Translations under genes and position numbers: made by a program | Origin: Takakia lepidozioides | Taxonomy: Eukaryota; Plantae; Bryophyta | Length of the DNA stretch: 64,000 nt | Assembly (NCBI GenBank): GCA_030704615.1 | Contig: CM060733.1 | Span: forward strand, 12,462,001 to 12,526,000 | Direction: 5' to 3' | Shown: one piece after another, positions 1 through 14,093 of the stretch | Position numbering within the stretch: the stretch's first letter is position 1 | How the letters are laid out: the number at the start of each line of letters is the position of its first letter | The notes under the pieces: generated by a model | Databases searched by the model: none | Told to the model about the DNA's origin: nothing | The model's input: the letters and a program-made list of their open reading frames with translations, nothing else

Positions 1-327
1 GTGAAGCCTTCTATTTTCCTCAAAATCTTATGTGCTCATTTGTCTGTACCCATCAAGGTACTCCCTCGAGAGATTGGTATTCATGAGCTGGTGGTGGGGA
101 CTTCGACACCAGCTCACCCCCGAGTTCTAATGTTCGACTACCTGAGGGCAATCCGGTAACAGAAGTTAGAAATATATCGTTTTAGTTGCACCTCCAGTCT
201 AATCCAGAGAATGTCATAACCTATGTGTGGCAAGCTGTAGGGATGAAACCTACACCTTGAAAGGTGATTCAAGTGGTGGAAGGTGTTGGAAAGCAATCAA
301 GTAAGTAATGAAAAGTATGGGCTGCAG

Positions 328-3300
328 GAACTGGGGGTGGACCCAGATTTGTATGCGTACGTCTTCGGGGAGGCTGTGCTGAACGATGCGGTAATTCTCC
401 TACCTCTCACTATGTCATTTCCGCTACTGAAGCTTTCTGGACAAGATAAGAAGCAAGAGAACCTTCTATTTCGATTACTTCTCCTTAGCTTTTAGACCAT
501 ACTTTCCCGTGACCAACCCTGGGAAAAGGAGGAAGGCAATGGGTCTCTCTCCACAACATGAAACTTACTTCATTTCTTTTTGTCCTGCCCCGTATGTTAT
601 GAGATTACAAGGAGAGATTACTGTCTCTTCAGAGACTGCTCAACGCTAGCAAATACGTGTAGTTTCTAGACCAGATATGCTTGGCAGCTTACCTTCACAA
701 GACATTCCGTTCTTGGGCAGCGATGTAGACCTGACTTCCGTCTCTTCTAGCCCTGCTCAGGGACCCAACGACCCTGTGAACACCATAAAAGAAATTCGGT
801 CTGCAAATCAAAGCAGACCTAACTTGAATGTGTTCCAAATCCATGTAGCATTGAAAGCAACTACTTATAGTGTGAGTCGACAGAGAATGGAAATCCAATA
901 TCAACAAAAGCTGGACGACTACTTCTCCACTGCCTCACTGAGCTTCCTGGATTGGGTTTGTGCTGCAGGTTGCTATTGTCATGTACAGGTACATGGTTAT
1001 CTCATCACATGTATATGGCCGACGGAACAATCTGGCATGGAAACTATACCAAAATGTTTAGGCAACATCTGAGATGGTGGCATATCCATCAGATGGGGTG
1101 TAATATGTGTGGGAACGAAAAAGCAAGGAAGTAAAGATCTATATTGATCAGATGTTTGGAGGCGTCACAATCAACGAGTATTACCAAGAAGATGCTTGTG
1201 CTAAGACTACAATCACAATTGAAAACAATAAGTGTTGTGATCAGTTGAATTTCAATGAGTTGCTGCGCAAGTCACAAAATGACAAAGTTTACTCTATGTT
1301 CAAGCATCTCTTTCGTGTCACATGCAGAACAGTACTTGCATTTGTTGGACGGCCAATCAGTGAGCAAGGCATCTTCTCAGCAATTACATACTTCATTGGC
1401 AATTTTGTGGGTTCTTTATCAATTGGTAAGATTCGGAACTCAAGTCCTCTCTTTCTTCCTCAGGATCTCCTGCCCTCATATTCTGAAGAGATTTGAAGTA
1501 GTCCTATGGGGTTTATTGTAATGCAGGTGGGCTAGCAGCCATTGGCAGTGCACTTTTGTTCAAATATGGTGGTCTGCAAGAGCAAGGGTATGAGTACACA
1601 ACGTTGTACTATAGCAACACACACACAGATTGAGGACTTACTGGGAGGATTTTAGCTCTTGTGAAATCCACTTTCAGCTGCACAGTGATGAATTCTACAA
1701 ATCCGTTGTCTCCCCTGCCTCACCCCAAAAGAGAATTGACTAATATAAGCTAGAAGAAATTGTCATATTTCCTGTCAATCATTGTGCAGAGTTGATGTGA
1801 TTGACTGATTTTGCACACCACTCAGACATGGCTACCAATTAAAACCAGACACTGTTGATGGGGTTGGGAACAAAGCAGGCTAACAACACTGGAGTCCTGT
1901 TTGGTGGCCCTGTTTCCATATGGGGCGTACATGATAGCAGATTGCCTTGAGCTTTCTGGCATTGTGGCAATTCTCTTTGCTGGCATTGTGAGTGGGAACA
2001 TACGTTTTGATTCAGTTGGGGTATAACAATATGAGAGTCTGAGGGGATCTACAGAATCGGCCCAAGAGTTATCTACAACGTGATTTGTTTTTAGAGGCGC
2101 AAGCAGCTTTGATGTTTCAGTATCATATCCCTCTTGGACAAACTCTACTAACAAAAGACAAGTTTGATCTCAAATTATATAGTGGCTACCCCCGAAGGGG
2201 GCCCGAAGGGGGGCAGTAGTCGAAAGGTAAAGTGGCTCTTAGTTACCCCGGCTTTGGCCAGAGTCTTCTCTCTCTCTCTCTGATTTCAACTTATGTTGAT
2301 CAGAGTTTTGAGCTGCAACTGGGACTGATACTTGCCTGTTTATTTGATGTTTTGGAAAACCGATTTGAGTCTTTTGTAGATAATCAGGGACCTATGGCAA
2401 TTAATCACTACATTCACAATATGCTCTTGAGGATCTTCTTTTCGAACCAGTGTACAGCAAGGGAGTTGGATGGCAATGATCACTCTGAAAGTTTCAGTAT
2501 GATGGACATAGGTAACCAGCTGTTGAACTCTCCGTGATGCCAGGGAATGAAGTACTATACAGCACCGAATCTCTCGGCACAAGCTACGCAAGTGACGACT
2601 AGCTTCTTCCAAATGCTGGCTAAGCTGTCTGAGACATTTGTGTTAGTCAACTGTCACTATGCCCACATACGTCTGCATTTTTTTATCCTTTGTGATTTCA
2701 AAGGGGGAGACATCATTTGAACGTCCTCCGTGGTGAAGATTTTACCTTTCAAATATCAAGCGTGCGAATGTCTTTAATTGCACTATTTTCTGTACATTTC
2801 GTGAATGTTCTAAAGAGGGACTAGATCAGCACCTCAAATCTCCTGAGCATAATGTAATCAGAGACAAAGAGTGGAGAATATTTTCTCCTGGATTCTTTCC
2901 TGTAATCTTCTTTTCATGAGAAGTTGATAATAACCGGGTGCGATTTGAGATATAGTACTCATCAGCCAGCTTGCTGATGGAGCAATTTACTTAAATTTGT
3001 TGGTACATGTGTTGTGAGTATCTGGGTAATTAGTACAGCTGAGCAAACATATATATTGGAAATGCTGGGTTTGTGAGCAGGTTTATATATATGGGGGTAG
3101 CACTATTTTTGGAGCAGCAGAGCTGGCATAACTTGGGCTTTGCTTTCTTCACAATCGTATCCTTAGCTCTTATCAATGCTGTGGTCCAGTTCCCAGTCAA
3201 TTTATTGAGGGTGGTTGAAAGCATGTAGGACTTGGAACAGATATTCCTGCTGTATCCTCTCTAGCTAAGAGAAAAATAGGGGGGGCCTATTCAATTTGAA

Positions 3301-6300
3301 CTTGAAATGACATGGTAAATCCTATGGAGTCAGTAGTGGTAGGCACCATTCTGGAAAGGATTTTTTATGAAGAGTTCAAGGTGTCGAAAAGGCCAAACAC
3401 TGAATTCCTGTGAAAAGGCTCTAAGTAAAGACTGTGGATACGGACTAGGGCTCTGCAACTAGGTCAAATAGTTCGCTGTGAAAGATTAACTAAGAGAGTG
3501 CACTTCACACCAGTTAAGGTCTTCAATGTGGGCTGATGAACCATTTCAGCTCCTCGTAACCTGGGTGAAGTTGATTTCAGCAATTGTAGAAATTTTCAGT
3601 GAAGGCTTGCTTTGTGAGGGAAATGGGGATCATCTTCAGTAAATCCATCATGACCAACAGAGAAACCTACTATTGTGTTAGTAATCAAAATCAGATATCT
3701 CCATGTTTCCTCAACAACTGGATTCCATTGTTTAAGTACTTGACCACTAAGTCACCAGCTTCAAGCATGGGGAAACTGTCTCCTTGACCCTAAGGTTCTG
3801 GCACTGCATTTGCTGCACCCCTTCCCAGATCAGTTGCCTTATTGCAAGGTGCTCTGTCTGCCTGAGCTTCCTTGTGCTGATTAGAGTCAGAATGCTGCCT
3901 ATCATTCAGTGGAACTCACAGAATGCTCTCCTCTTTTTCTGCTTCTAAATCTTTTTGGTTTCTTCTTTTCTGGACTTCCTTTTAAGTGCAAAGAGACTGT
4001 CGCTTATTTTAAGCTCTTTGTACTTCTTTGTATCCTGCGTAAGGAAAGGCCAACTCTTCCGTTTGTCATATCTCTTGCATCATTGAAATTAAGGAAATCA
4101 GGTTGTATGCTGTCTTACATTGAGCTAAAAATCCCTGGGAATTACTTCCAACTATTTGACAATATTTTTTTATCCTCGTTGCATTCCTAACAAATTATTT
4201 TTACGCAGGTTGGCTAATGTGTATCCATGTGCAATGCTTCTCAACTACTACCGAGAAGAGGCCAGACGCATCCCCCTCAATCACCAGCATGCTCTCTGGT
4301 ATAGCGGTGAGTGCCATCTGACTTGAAAGGATAAAGAACAATGCACTGAACAGGGCAGTCCATTTGGCTACCGTGTAAATGGATACCTTTGGGCAATCGA
4401 AATTTGGGGTGAAATAAGAGCTCTTCGGATCTTCATTATGACTAAATAGACAATCAACATTGTCTTTTACACAGGAAGCTATTGTGGAGTTCCAGATCCT
4501 TCATAGCATTATGTACCAGGGTGACAGCTTGATTCTTCTAATGTGTGAGTAAGTGGATTAAAAGTGCAGGACTTAGAGGAGCTATGGCATTTGCATTGGC
4601 ACTGCAATCAGTGACAGACCTACCAAACAACCATGGCCGTGTCCTTCTCACCTCCACTATCTTCACAATCTTCTTCACTGTAAATTCTATCAACCACACC
4701 TTGAAGCTTATCAGATCTAATGTCCTGTGCTACCACCATAAAAAACCAAATTGTAGCTGATGCTAATTTCAAATCCGTATAGCTTGAAATCTCTTTCACA
4801 TGGAAACTACCATCTACAACTGAAATTTTGACCTTTAGTTGGTCTATATGACATGTTTGAAAGGTCAAACAGTGTCTTGTTTAAGACAATCCCTCAATGA
4901 TCCCTTTTTGTCACCATGAAACCATGAATCACTAAAATGTCGTGGAGCGAAGGTCTAAGCATATCAGCATGCTGTCTGTCAGATGGGTTCCACTTTCAAG
5001 TAAAGCCCCTGCTGAAAACCTGCAGGTGTTGTTAATTGGTGGGTCCACACAAATGATGCTGAGTCATCTCAAGATTGAGTGCCATGGCCCACGTGTCCAA
5101 GATGCTGAGGAGGCAAAAGTACTCACCTAGTGATCCATATTTTCCACTCTGTTTTGTTCTCTGCAAAAAGTATGTTTTGTCATAGCAGTGTCAGCCAGTG
5201 AACACAAGTTCTGGAACACACGTATGTAATGGTGAGTATGTATCGGTGACAGAATTTGATGAGTGGCAATGCCCAGCTGCATGTCTGAATCAAGTAGTAC
5301 ATATAATTCCCCAACTAACTTGTGGGAATCAGTAGCCTTGCTGAAGTTGGTGTAACTGCTTGCTTGGCAGTTTGACGAGGCCGCAGAAGAACAACCAAAT
5401 GATCATGTATCCCCTCCATCCCATACACATGTGATAGGAAACAAATGAAAAAATAGAAAAGAAAAAATGTGCACCATGTCACACATCAGTGCAGTAGGCT
5501 GCTGGGACTCCGTTACTGTTCTGTGACCAAGCTCACCCATGTGTAGCTTTAGCCCCCGTGTCTGTCCAGTGCACTGTTTGATTCTTTGTTCAGGTTGTGT
5601 TTATGGTGATTGAGTGATGCAGGAGCTGGACTTGGAGGAGGCAGAGCTGGCCGAAGCTGAAGGCCTCGGTGTGTTGGCCAAGAAGCAAAAGCTGATGCTA
5701 AAGAAAAAGCTCCGCCAAATCCAGCATGAGTAAGGCCGCCTCTCAGATTTCTGGTTTGAAGTCACAGAGCTGTGAGAGACTCTTTTTGAGGGTGCAGAGA
5801 GGTTACTATGATGTGACCGTGGATGTTTGCATGCAGCACAACCTTTGCGAAATTGGACAAGAAGTACATACGACCATTCCTTGCATCAAGTCCAATCAGA
5901 TTGAGCTCCTCTGCTAACACCAGCCCACGGCATATTAGCCCAATCCACTCACCGCACTCAGCTGAATCAGGTCTGTGCAAGCTTCCAATAATGGATACGT
6001 GTATATCTAATTGCACTCAAAGGTACCTTTAAGAAAGGCAGCCTACTGTGGAGGAACTGCAACCTGTCTTTTAGTAAAACTGCCACATCCATGTGTACCT
6101 CATCAAAAGTGGGTGCAAATGGGCTTCCTGAGTTGGTAAAGACAAATCTGCCAGCAAACCAGCCCACAGCGGCACTGTGACTGGTCATCATTAGGGTCTC
6201 AAGGAATCACCATAAGCAATATAAGTTCTTCTAGTTCCATCTAACCTCATGCATCACTATAGTATTCTTAAAAGTCTTCTGACTTTCATACAATGATGGC

Positions 6301-6553
6301 AGACTCAAATGAGCCAGAATACATTAAACGAATGGAACGCCGAAGCCTCATTCTGGATGCAAGCATGCAAGAGATGCACGAGATTGACCATGCTCATACT
6401 GTCAACAGGCACGTCACCACAGGCCAGACTAGTGGGGGATTGATGCCCTCGTCCTCTGTTGCTAAAGAGGCTTCACTCCTTAATCGCCTCAAACAGAACC
6501 TTGACCAGTCACATTTCAGTAGCTCTCTCAGTAACTACCTTGGTGTTCAATGA
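328..6553 (+). CDS. NHX: Na+/H+ exchanger, endosomal NHX5/NHX6-like; multi-exon, 5' part lies upstream of the window
   Basis: Exon peptides in order: [21 protein letters not shown] (328-390), [33 protein letters not shown] (~1880-1987), [37 protein letters not shown] / [19 protein letters not shown] (4209-4679), [25 protein letters not shown]. Most are bounded by GT-AG. The terminal exon (stop at 6553) is less certain. Confidence 0.9.
2180..2285 (-). mobile_element. Helitron-like 3'-terminal fragment in an NHX intron
   Basis: Reverse complement (GTAACTAAGAGCCACTTTACCTTTCGACTACTGCCCCC...) matches the 3' end of the element at ~35870-35937. It has GC-rich hairpins (CCCCTTCGGGG) followed by a CTAT terminus. 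Confidence 0.45.
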
Positions 6554-7941
6554 GGCTTGTTCATCCCCCCTTGCAAGTTTTGTGCTGTCACAAGTGGACT
6601 AAATTGTTAGTACACATAATTTGATAAATTAGCGAGGGATATATGTGAAAAAATTGGCATAAGAAAGCTCGGCTGAACAGTTTTCCTCTGCAAAGGAAGA
6701 GAGCCTAAGCAGCTCTCCCAAAGATTACATGCTTCCTGACCTGCAGTATTGCATCCACTTGGCATTTATAATATGGACTATCTTCATCCCCTGCTTGCGG
6801 CCCTTCCTTGGTGCTTGTCAAGCTTGGTTCACCCCCCAGCTCCCTACTCATCACCAAGTCACTAAATCTATCGCGCCTTTAGTGAGACTAACTCCAAACA
6901 TATAAAATGAACTAAAATGACTCAATGGCCTACAATGGAACTAGGGTCTTCCCCTTAGTCTCAACTAAGAATGCTTTCCTAATCTTAGAGAACTCAGGCT
7001 CTACTCTCTAGGACCTATGCTCCTCCTAGCAAGCTCCACAACTAGAAACTAAGCAAGACCACAAAGAGCAAGCGAAAGGAAACAAAAAGAGCATCACAAG
7101 CCTCAATCACATGACTAATGGGTGAGTGAATCCAATTTGCCATTGAGCATTGTAATCCTTGTTATCTCGTCCGCCAGAGTGAATGTACCTGATCGCTTGT
7201 CACCAATGCTAAAGCATTTTTGCCGTAAATGGCCCAGGATACAAAGAAAATCTCAGTATGGTACTCAATAGTTCCCCGCAGCACTGAAAGACGGAGCTTT
7301 AGTCTTTCAAACAATGAAACAGTGAGTGCCAACTCAAGTTAGGTGCTGCACACCATTCTGTCTTGGATGCAAAAGTTCAATGGATACAAATCTTTGGTCT
7401 TTCTCATCCCTTCCCCTTCTGGTAAACGGGATCTCATCAAAACCATGGGTGGTCCATACATCTTCACCTGGATGCAATCTGTAGAATCTGAAATCTCATC
7501 AGCTGAGTTCCATTTGGGAGCTGCAGTCTTGCCAACTCCATCAAGCCCACAGGCTGTCGATCACAAACCTGATACATTCCTCATAGATGAAACTATGATC
7601 TGCAACCAATAACTGGAGCCCAAGATGGGGATCCATGTTAGATGGAGAAATGACATTGAACCGTTTCACAAAACCCCGGCACTGAAGTGCTGCAGAGCAA
7701 GCCTTCACTTCGCCCAAAATGCCACCTTCTCACTAGCCTGGCTATCTTTGTTGACAAAGCTACGAGTCACGGTCAAAATGGCTTGATCGGGACCTCGATG
7801 CACTATTACATGACTGCAGGAATGGACATCCTGTCTCCTACTCACAATATAGCTCTTTGTCCAAAGGCCTTGAGCCATGAGGAGCAAGTATCCAACATTA
7901 TAGCTTCAGCAAGAGTTGGCAGTAGGGGATGGGTCCAGAAT

Positions 7942-10900
7942 TCACATCCGACCTCCCAGCCAGCCCCCTTTAACCTCTGACTGAGACCTCACTTCAGCCA
8001 GCTTCCCATCAGGTCCATAGTCTCTTTCCATCACAAGCCTAGTCCCATCCGCACAGAGCCACCCTACACCAATTGTCAAAATGCCCTCTTCCTTCGCTTC
8101 CACACTTGCTATGACACCCCCTGGTAACCACAAGAAGCTTGGATCATCGACATCCTCAAGCTCAGCCTCATCAATCAGTTCAGGCAGCCCCCGATTTTTT
8201 ATCACCTCTTTACAAGAGTACACAAATGTCGGCCTCTCGGTTTTGCCAGAAGCTGGATGTATAGCCATTGCATTGATTTCAAACACTTTCCAGGACCCTG
8301 TCAGATCATGTGGTGAAACCCGTGGCTTCTGCGAAAAAGGCTTTAGCTGATTCCCACCAGAATCACTGCAAATACGAGAATGAGAGGTCATATGATGTCA
8401 GAATAGGTGGTAGGACGTATGTCAGACACAACATTTTCCAAAGACTATAGTGCAGGAAGTAGGATAGTGAGCAGAGACAAGGATAGAAAGAGAGAACAAT
8501 ATAAAACCTTCATCAAAAGCCCAAACATAACCATCAGGAACCCCAGGATAAATCACTGCAGAGAGACAGCTGCCATTCCTCATCTTTCAAAACTAAGTGT
8601 CAGAGAAAAGAAAGAAGGGCAAAAGTTATCACATCCACAGCAGGTAACTGGAGGGTACATGGGACAAAGCACAACTACAAGATAGAAAAACAGAGTTATA
8701 CCTAATGGACTTCATGTTGCAAGGTCCCATCCACTCTTCTTCATATACTGCCACTCGCAACACCTGAATCTCCTCCCCACCTTCAATGATAGAGATTGTG
8801 TGAACCACCCGCAGCCTTTGATGCCCCCCACACACCAGACACTGGCGAAAAACATAACCACGAGTTATACATTATCATCCCCAAATGACAAGGTGAAATG
8901 GCATGATGCATGGTGATGATTGTGCAAGATTGGAAACACAATCACCCTTTAGTTGCGAAGGTTACCCAAGAAAGAATTTTGACAACAGTCACTCAAAGCA
9001 AACGGACTCCACCTTAGACAAAATAGAGGTGCAGCTACATGCCTTCAGAGTTCAGCATGACAGATCTAAACAAAGTGGAGTTCACCAAAGTCACTCAAAC
9101 CAAACAGACCCCACATTAGACAAAACAGAAGTGCAACTATGTTCTTTCATAGTCCAGCATGACAGATCTCATTCACAGCGACAAAATACCTGCTCAATTT
9201 TAAAAGTTGGAGATGAGAAGTAATCTTTGTCGCTGGCTGCCGGGGTTTCTGCTAGAATCTCAAGTGGACCTCTTGAATATGACCCATCCTGCTCCACCAA
9301 CAAAGCAGGAATGGCAACATCACTTTCTAATACTCTGTCTAGCACAGCAGGTTCGTCATCAAAAACCACACACTATCAAAAGTGAAAACGTACTTACCAA
9401 ACAAAGCAAAAGAGCCTACTGAGAATTTGTCTGCAAAGGGTTAATATACAGCTATGACTCACAAGAGATCGTACTCATAAGACGTTGTTTGCCGTAGCCT
9501 TGTGGCCATTGACCCCGCGCCCAGTTTGAGCGGGAATATGACTCGCAATAGTTTTTGGGAGAGGTTCAAGCTTAATCGACTCCAGCGGCATCATACCTGA
9601 TTGATTTCTTCCTACAGAGTTTTGTTGTTTGAAGCTGAAGTTGTTTAGAATTGCATTTAGTTTTAAACTCTCTTGTGTCATAGAGAGTTTAAAACTAAGT
9701 GCAATTCTAAACAACTTCAGCTTCTAAGGCTCCCAAAGACTATCGTGTTTAGTGGATTACAAATTCCTTGAAACAGCCTTATCTTCCTGTGTTCTAGTTC
9801 AGGCACATTTTACTACTTTGTGAAATCAGTGCCAAAAGTTAAAAAATGAATACTACGCCTACAACTTGTTTAGCACAAGGTCCTGCTCTCATTAGAAATG
9901 AGCCTACCTCAAAAAACACAAGACCCAGTTCCATCGCCATGTCATCCTCCTCCATGACATCATCCCAGTCACCAGCATCCCCTTTCTCCAAAGAAGCTTC
10001 ACCAGCTGGAGCAGCCACAGCGAACTCGCTGCTACCTACCCCTCTCCATGTGGCAATTTCCCCGCCAGCATCTTGTATAGCTGTCATGGTTCCATTGGTG
10101 GTAGCACCCTGCTTGAACCAGTGTTCATCTGGTCCCTCTTTCTCAATACTCCCTCCTGACAATCCTTTGAAGCCTCCCTCCCAACCCTCATCGATTGCAT
10201 CTGACTCCCGCCACATGGACTCCCACTCGGCATCTTCAACCTTCAACATTGCACCATCCTTTAAGTCTCCCTCTGTAGTGTACAGTCCCTCTCCTACTTC
10301 TCCCCCTTCTGTTTCTTCTTCCCAGCTGCCCACACCAATAGACTCGTCCTGGAAGTCTCCATCTTCTAGCAGGTCTTCAACTGCAGCCCCCTCTTCACCT
10401 CCTTGCACAGCCATTTCAAGAAAATCTGCATCTTCCAGATTGGCTGACTCGAGTTCATCATCAAAAGGATTGACCCCCTCTCCCACAAACTTGCCACTAT
10501 CTTTGGGGCTGGAATCAGCTTGCACTTCCACCTGACCATGACATTAAACATATGGACTTGAAAATGGCTAACATTTGTAATGTGAAGGGTTTCCAGTGTG
10601 TGATAGACCTTGCCCAAAACCAGCGCAACCAGAACATCAACCAGGACATAAATTACCACATGGCCACTAAATTTCTACATGTGTTGCTCTTGCACTTAAT
10701 GTCCTGCGTTTCTTACTTGCAGATCAACATCCAGAAGTAAATCAGAGTTCCTGGTTCTCATCCCAACTTTTCTCACCCATACCAGAAAACAAGGGAATCT
10801 CACCTCATTCAAGCATTGCTCTCCATGGGGATTTTCCACAGCCCACAAAACTTGCCGGTGGAGCATACCAGTAACAGCTGCACTAACAGTACACAGTACT

Positions 10901-12499
10901 CTAGCATCATAGAGATACTCATCCTTCCTTCCAAGTGCGACTGGCTCCATCTCAGCTGTGATGGGGGAGAAGGCTGCCCCCACCCCCCGCCATACGCCAG
11001 CATTGCTGCTTGCAAATGTGGTCCAAATGGGGCTTATCACTGATTCCTGCAGCAAATTTCAGCCAAGAGTAAGCTGAGGGGTTTAGGGCTTAGTTGTGGC
11101 AAAAGCTGGTGAGGCTTTCTGATTCCTTGCTCAGACTTTCCTTCTGAAAGTCAATGGCTGTGAATCTCTACATATGGACAAAGACAATGTTTCCCACATT
11201 GAAGTAGAGAGTTCAGAAGTGGTGACCGAAAGACATCTACTGGAAATGAACAGAGGAAATATCAAAGGAAAACTGATGCAAAAGAAAGACAGAGGGTGAC
11301 ACAAAAGAGCATAAAATTCAAAGCTCCAAGAGCTTATGGGACAAGGATAGTAAGATAGAAGGTAAAAATTGAGACATTCTGATTCGCAGCCCAGACTTTT
11401 ATTTCTCACGTTGAAATACAGAATCCAGAAGTGGTGACCAGAAGATTCTTACTCACATGGAAATGAACAGAGGAAATATTGAATGACAGAGGGTGACACA
11501 AAAGACCATACATCTCAAGGCTCAATAAGGTAGAAGGGAAACAAATAGAGAATTACAGTAGGCAACTGCCATGCCCTCCTAGAGCAAACAGCTGACGCAA
11601 TGAAGCTCACTGCAAGCCTCTTCTTTGAACCACTGAAATGTGGCTCATCCATCAACAGAGTGAGGTACAAGAGTTGGTGCAATGGTGGAAAGAATGAGAC
11701 AAAGAGAGAAGGAAGATATGGGAGGAAAATATGAGAAAGAGTGTGAGCAAGTAGAGACAGATAGGAGAGGAATTTATACCGCAGTCTGTAGGACCCTTTC
11801 TATTTCCACCGGCATCGCTTCAGACACAAAAATTTTCGCCGATGAATCATCCTCAAGCATCTCGCTGTCCACGTCGAGCCTAGTCACAGCTGCCTGATCA
11901 ACGACACCCTTGCTGTCCGACACCATCTTCTCTATAGTTTGGGATCTCCCTCCTCCCTCCTTTCCGGGCCTCCCTTTCAGCTCCTTTCCCCTCGTCGATA
12001 CCTTTGAGGAAGTACTCGTACCTGCATTTCGTCTATTAGTTGAAGGACTTGCCGGCATGGAAGGAGTGCTTTCCGAAAAGTCACTACTCCACACATTCGG
12101 CTTTGGCCTTGGCTTTGCAGGTGGTTTGGTTTCCCCTCTTGGCTGGCCTCCCCCATGACCTGATTTCTTGTCTTTCGCGCCGCTCTTCTTCCTGTCTTTC
12201 TCAGTTGAAGCTCTGGGATACGGATTGGTCGCCCCTCCCCTCGACACTGGTGTGATTGATGAAGATGAATTCAAATGAAATAAGGACGAACCAGATTGAT
12301 TGCAGTCTTTTAAAAATATGATCGGTGCAAGATGACTGGATTTTACATCAGCCAGAAAAAGCTGCAAATTTTTTGGCCCATTGCGGCACAATGAAGACTC
12401 AGGTTCCTTAACTCTGACATGAGAAACAGGATACAATGCACGAGAGGAGATGTGTCTAAATTGCAACGAGGACGGGACCTGCATTGCAACACCTTGCAT
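7942..12499 (-). CDS. Conserved plant protein of unknown function (DUF3598-like, tentative), probably plastid-targeted; multi-exon
   Basis: Exon peptides: Ser/Lys-rich N-terminus from ATG 12499; AGVWRGVGAAFSPITAEMEP...LYDARV (~10805-11050); long acidic exon ending MELGLVFFE; DGSYSRGPLEIL...SPTFKIEQ; CLVCGGHQRLRVVHTI...VAVYEEEWMGP; LWLPGGV...LVMERDYG...stop 7942. The junctions of the first exon are uncertain. Confidence 0.7.
9471..9537 (+). repeat. Dispersed repeat, identical to 55022-55087
   Basis: GTACTCATAAGACGTTGTTTGCCGTAGCCTTGTGGCCATTGACCCCGCGCCCAGTTTGAGCGGGAA occurs at both positions. Confidence 0.85.
9631..9724. repeat. Intronic inverted repeat (42-bp arms, 10-nt loop)
   Basis: 9631-9672 is the reverse complement of 9683-9724 with one mismatch. 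Confidence 0.9.
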
Positions 12500-13333
12500 C
12501 GTCACCGTCACCGTCACTCAAATTTCTCCCTCCTCTCTAGTGCTTAGAATTCAAGTGTTAAATCAAATCTCATGCTCTGGATTCTGTTTCCGACGCCGGG
12601 TCATTCACATGCATCATTCTCCCCTCTACAACTTCTTGACCTGCTTGAGTTGTCGGCTCCGATTAGATGACCGTTTTGGCTCCTGTTTCTACGCCTTCAT
12701 CTTCGTGGAGTCCGACACGCTTTTGACTAATCTCGAGCAGTGTTCCAACTCCATCTCGCTGGAAAGAACCAGTGCACCTATCTACCTGAAATAATTACCT
12801 CCAAGCAAGCAATCACGAACACATCTGAGGCATGTAAGCCATGGAGAGTGCATGACCTAGTGCTGCATCATTCTTGCCACACAAGCGGTGTACATAGAAG
12901 GGTAGGTAGAGAGAGCTTCACACGATCGCTACAGCAGCACCCTACGTACCTCACCTAACAACACATTTGTCTGCTATGTACCCAGTCCTTGCACTTCATT
13001 CCAGCATCATCATCACAGCAACACGCATCGCGCTGCGGTCCTCAGCAAGTCTTGAAAGACTAGTTATCCATCAAATACAAGACTGAGAGACACAGCTCGC
13101 ACAATCGTCACTAGCCTGCTTCTGTTCACTACTAAGTAGACCCAGGAACGCAAGCAGGCTAAGTACTTGTGGTGTCCTCCTCCTTTTTTCTTTTTTTCTT
13201 TTTTCTTTTTTTTCTAAAGAAAGGAGACCTTTTCAAAATCAAATAAATATTTCAGAATAAAGTTAACCAGGGCTCAAACTTGTTTCAAACCCTGTTGACC
13301 CAAAATATATATATATATATATATATAAAATAA

Positions 13334-13510
13334 AGGTTCACAAAAAGGTGGTTATTTTTTCCACCTTTTTGTGAACCTCCTCCTAAGTTACTAAGCCAAA
13401 GTTTTTTTCTTTTTTTAAATTAAGAAAGGGTACGGAGGCCCTTTTAATCAAATTAATAAAATAGAGGTTCACAAAAAGGTGGTTATTTTTTCCAACTTTT
13501 TGTGAACCTC
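13334..13510. repeat. Two tandem copies of an 18-bp-arm hairpin
   Basis: AGGTTCACAAAAAGGTGG-ttatttttt-CCACCTTTTTGTGAACCT at 13334-13378, repeated with one mismatch at 13465-13509. Confidence 0.85.
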
Positions 13511-13579
13511 CTCCTAAGTTACTTCTAACTTGCCGAAGTTTTCTTTCTTTTTTTATAAAAAATTAAGAAAGGGACCAAC

Positions 13580-13735
13580 AATCAGTAGCTCAGTTGGTGA
13601 GTGCACTGAGTGTCACCCAGATGATTCTGGGGTCAAATCCTGCTACTTGACGGGTGGCAAGAGCGTTGGTCTCACGAACCCCCCCCCCCCAACTTCCCCT
13701 CCCGGCTGTTTCCCTTATTTTACAAAAAAAAAAAG
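13580..13735 (+). mobile_element. tRNA-derived SINE
   Basis: A-box-like TAGCTCAGTTGG, B-box-like GGTCAAATCC and a poly(A) tail at ~13724-13734. Related heads occur at ~36278 and ~61810-61870 (-). Confidence 0.6.
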
Positions 13736-14093
13736 GTCAAATTAATAATAAAAGAAGTGTCACATTAGTGGAAAAAATGACCACTTTCAAGGGCCGTGAA
13801 GGCTTACTGGGGGGAAACTTCCCCGTGACTCTAGCAAACTCGCTAGCTAAACCGAGCAGGGAGAGAGACGAGCTATGGTGGCAGAAGGCAAAGTGAGGAG
13901 AGGTGCAGGTTCTGTGGAGGGGTCTTGCAAGAGAATCTGACAAGAGCCTAGAGGAGAGAGAGAGAGAATTAGTAACAAAGTGTCGCAATGCTGAATCAGT
14001 AAGTGCCATGAGCTGGAGCCACACATCAGGAAGAAGTGGGCGAATGCAGGGGTGGTGACAGTATCAGCAGAAGAACTTGGAGGTACTAGAATT

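Noticed and set aside
8988-9169. Local ~80-100-bp intronic duplications (also ~11210-11510)
   Set aside because: Ordinary short tandem duplications with no further structure.
9846-10535. 229-aa Ser/Pro-rich ORF on the + strand
   Set aside because: It is the antisense shadow of the acidic exon of the minus-strand gene.
13585-13650. tRNA gene (also considered at ~36280 and ~61810-61870)
   Set aside because: A/B boxes are present, but I could not fold a convincing cloverleaf, and unrelated bodies and A-rich tails follow. These are better explained as SINE heads.
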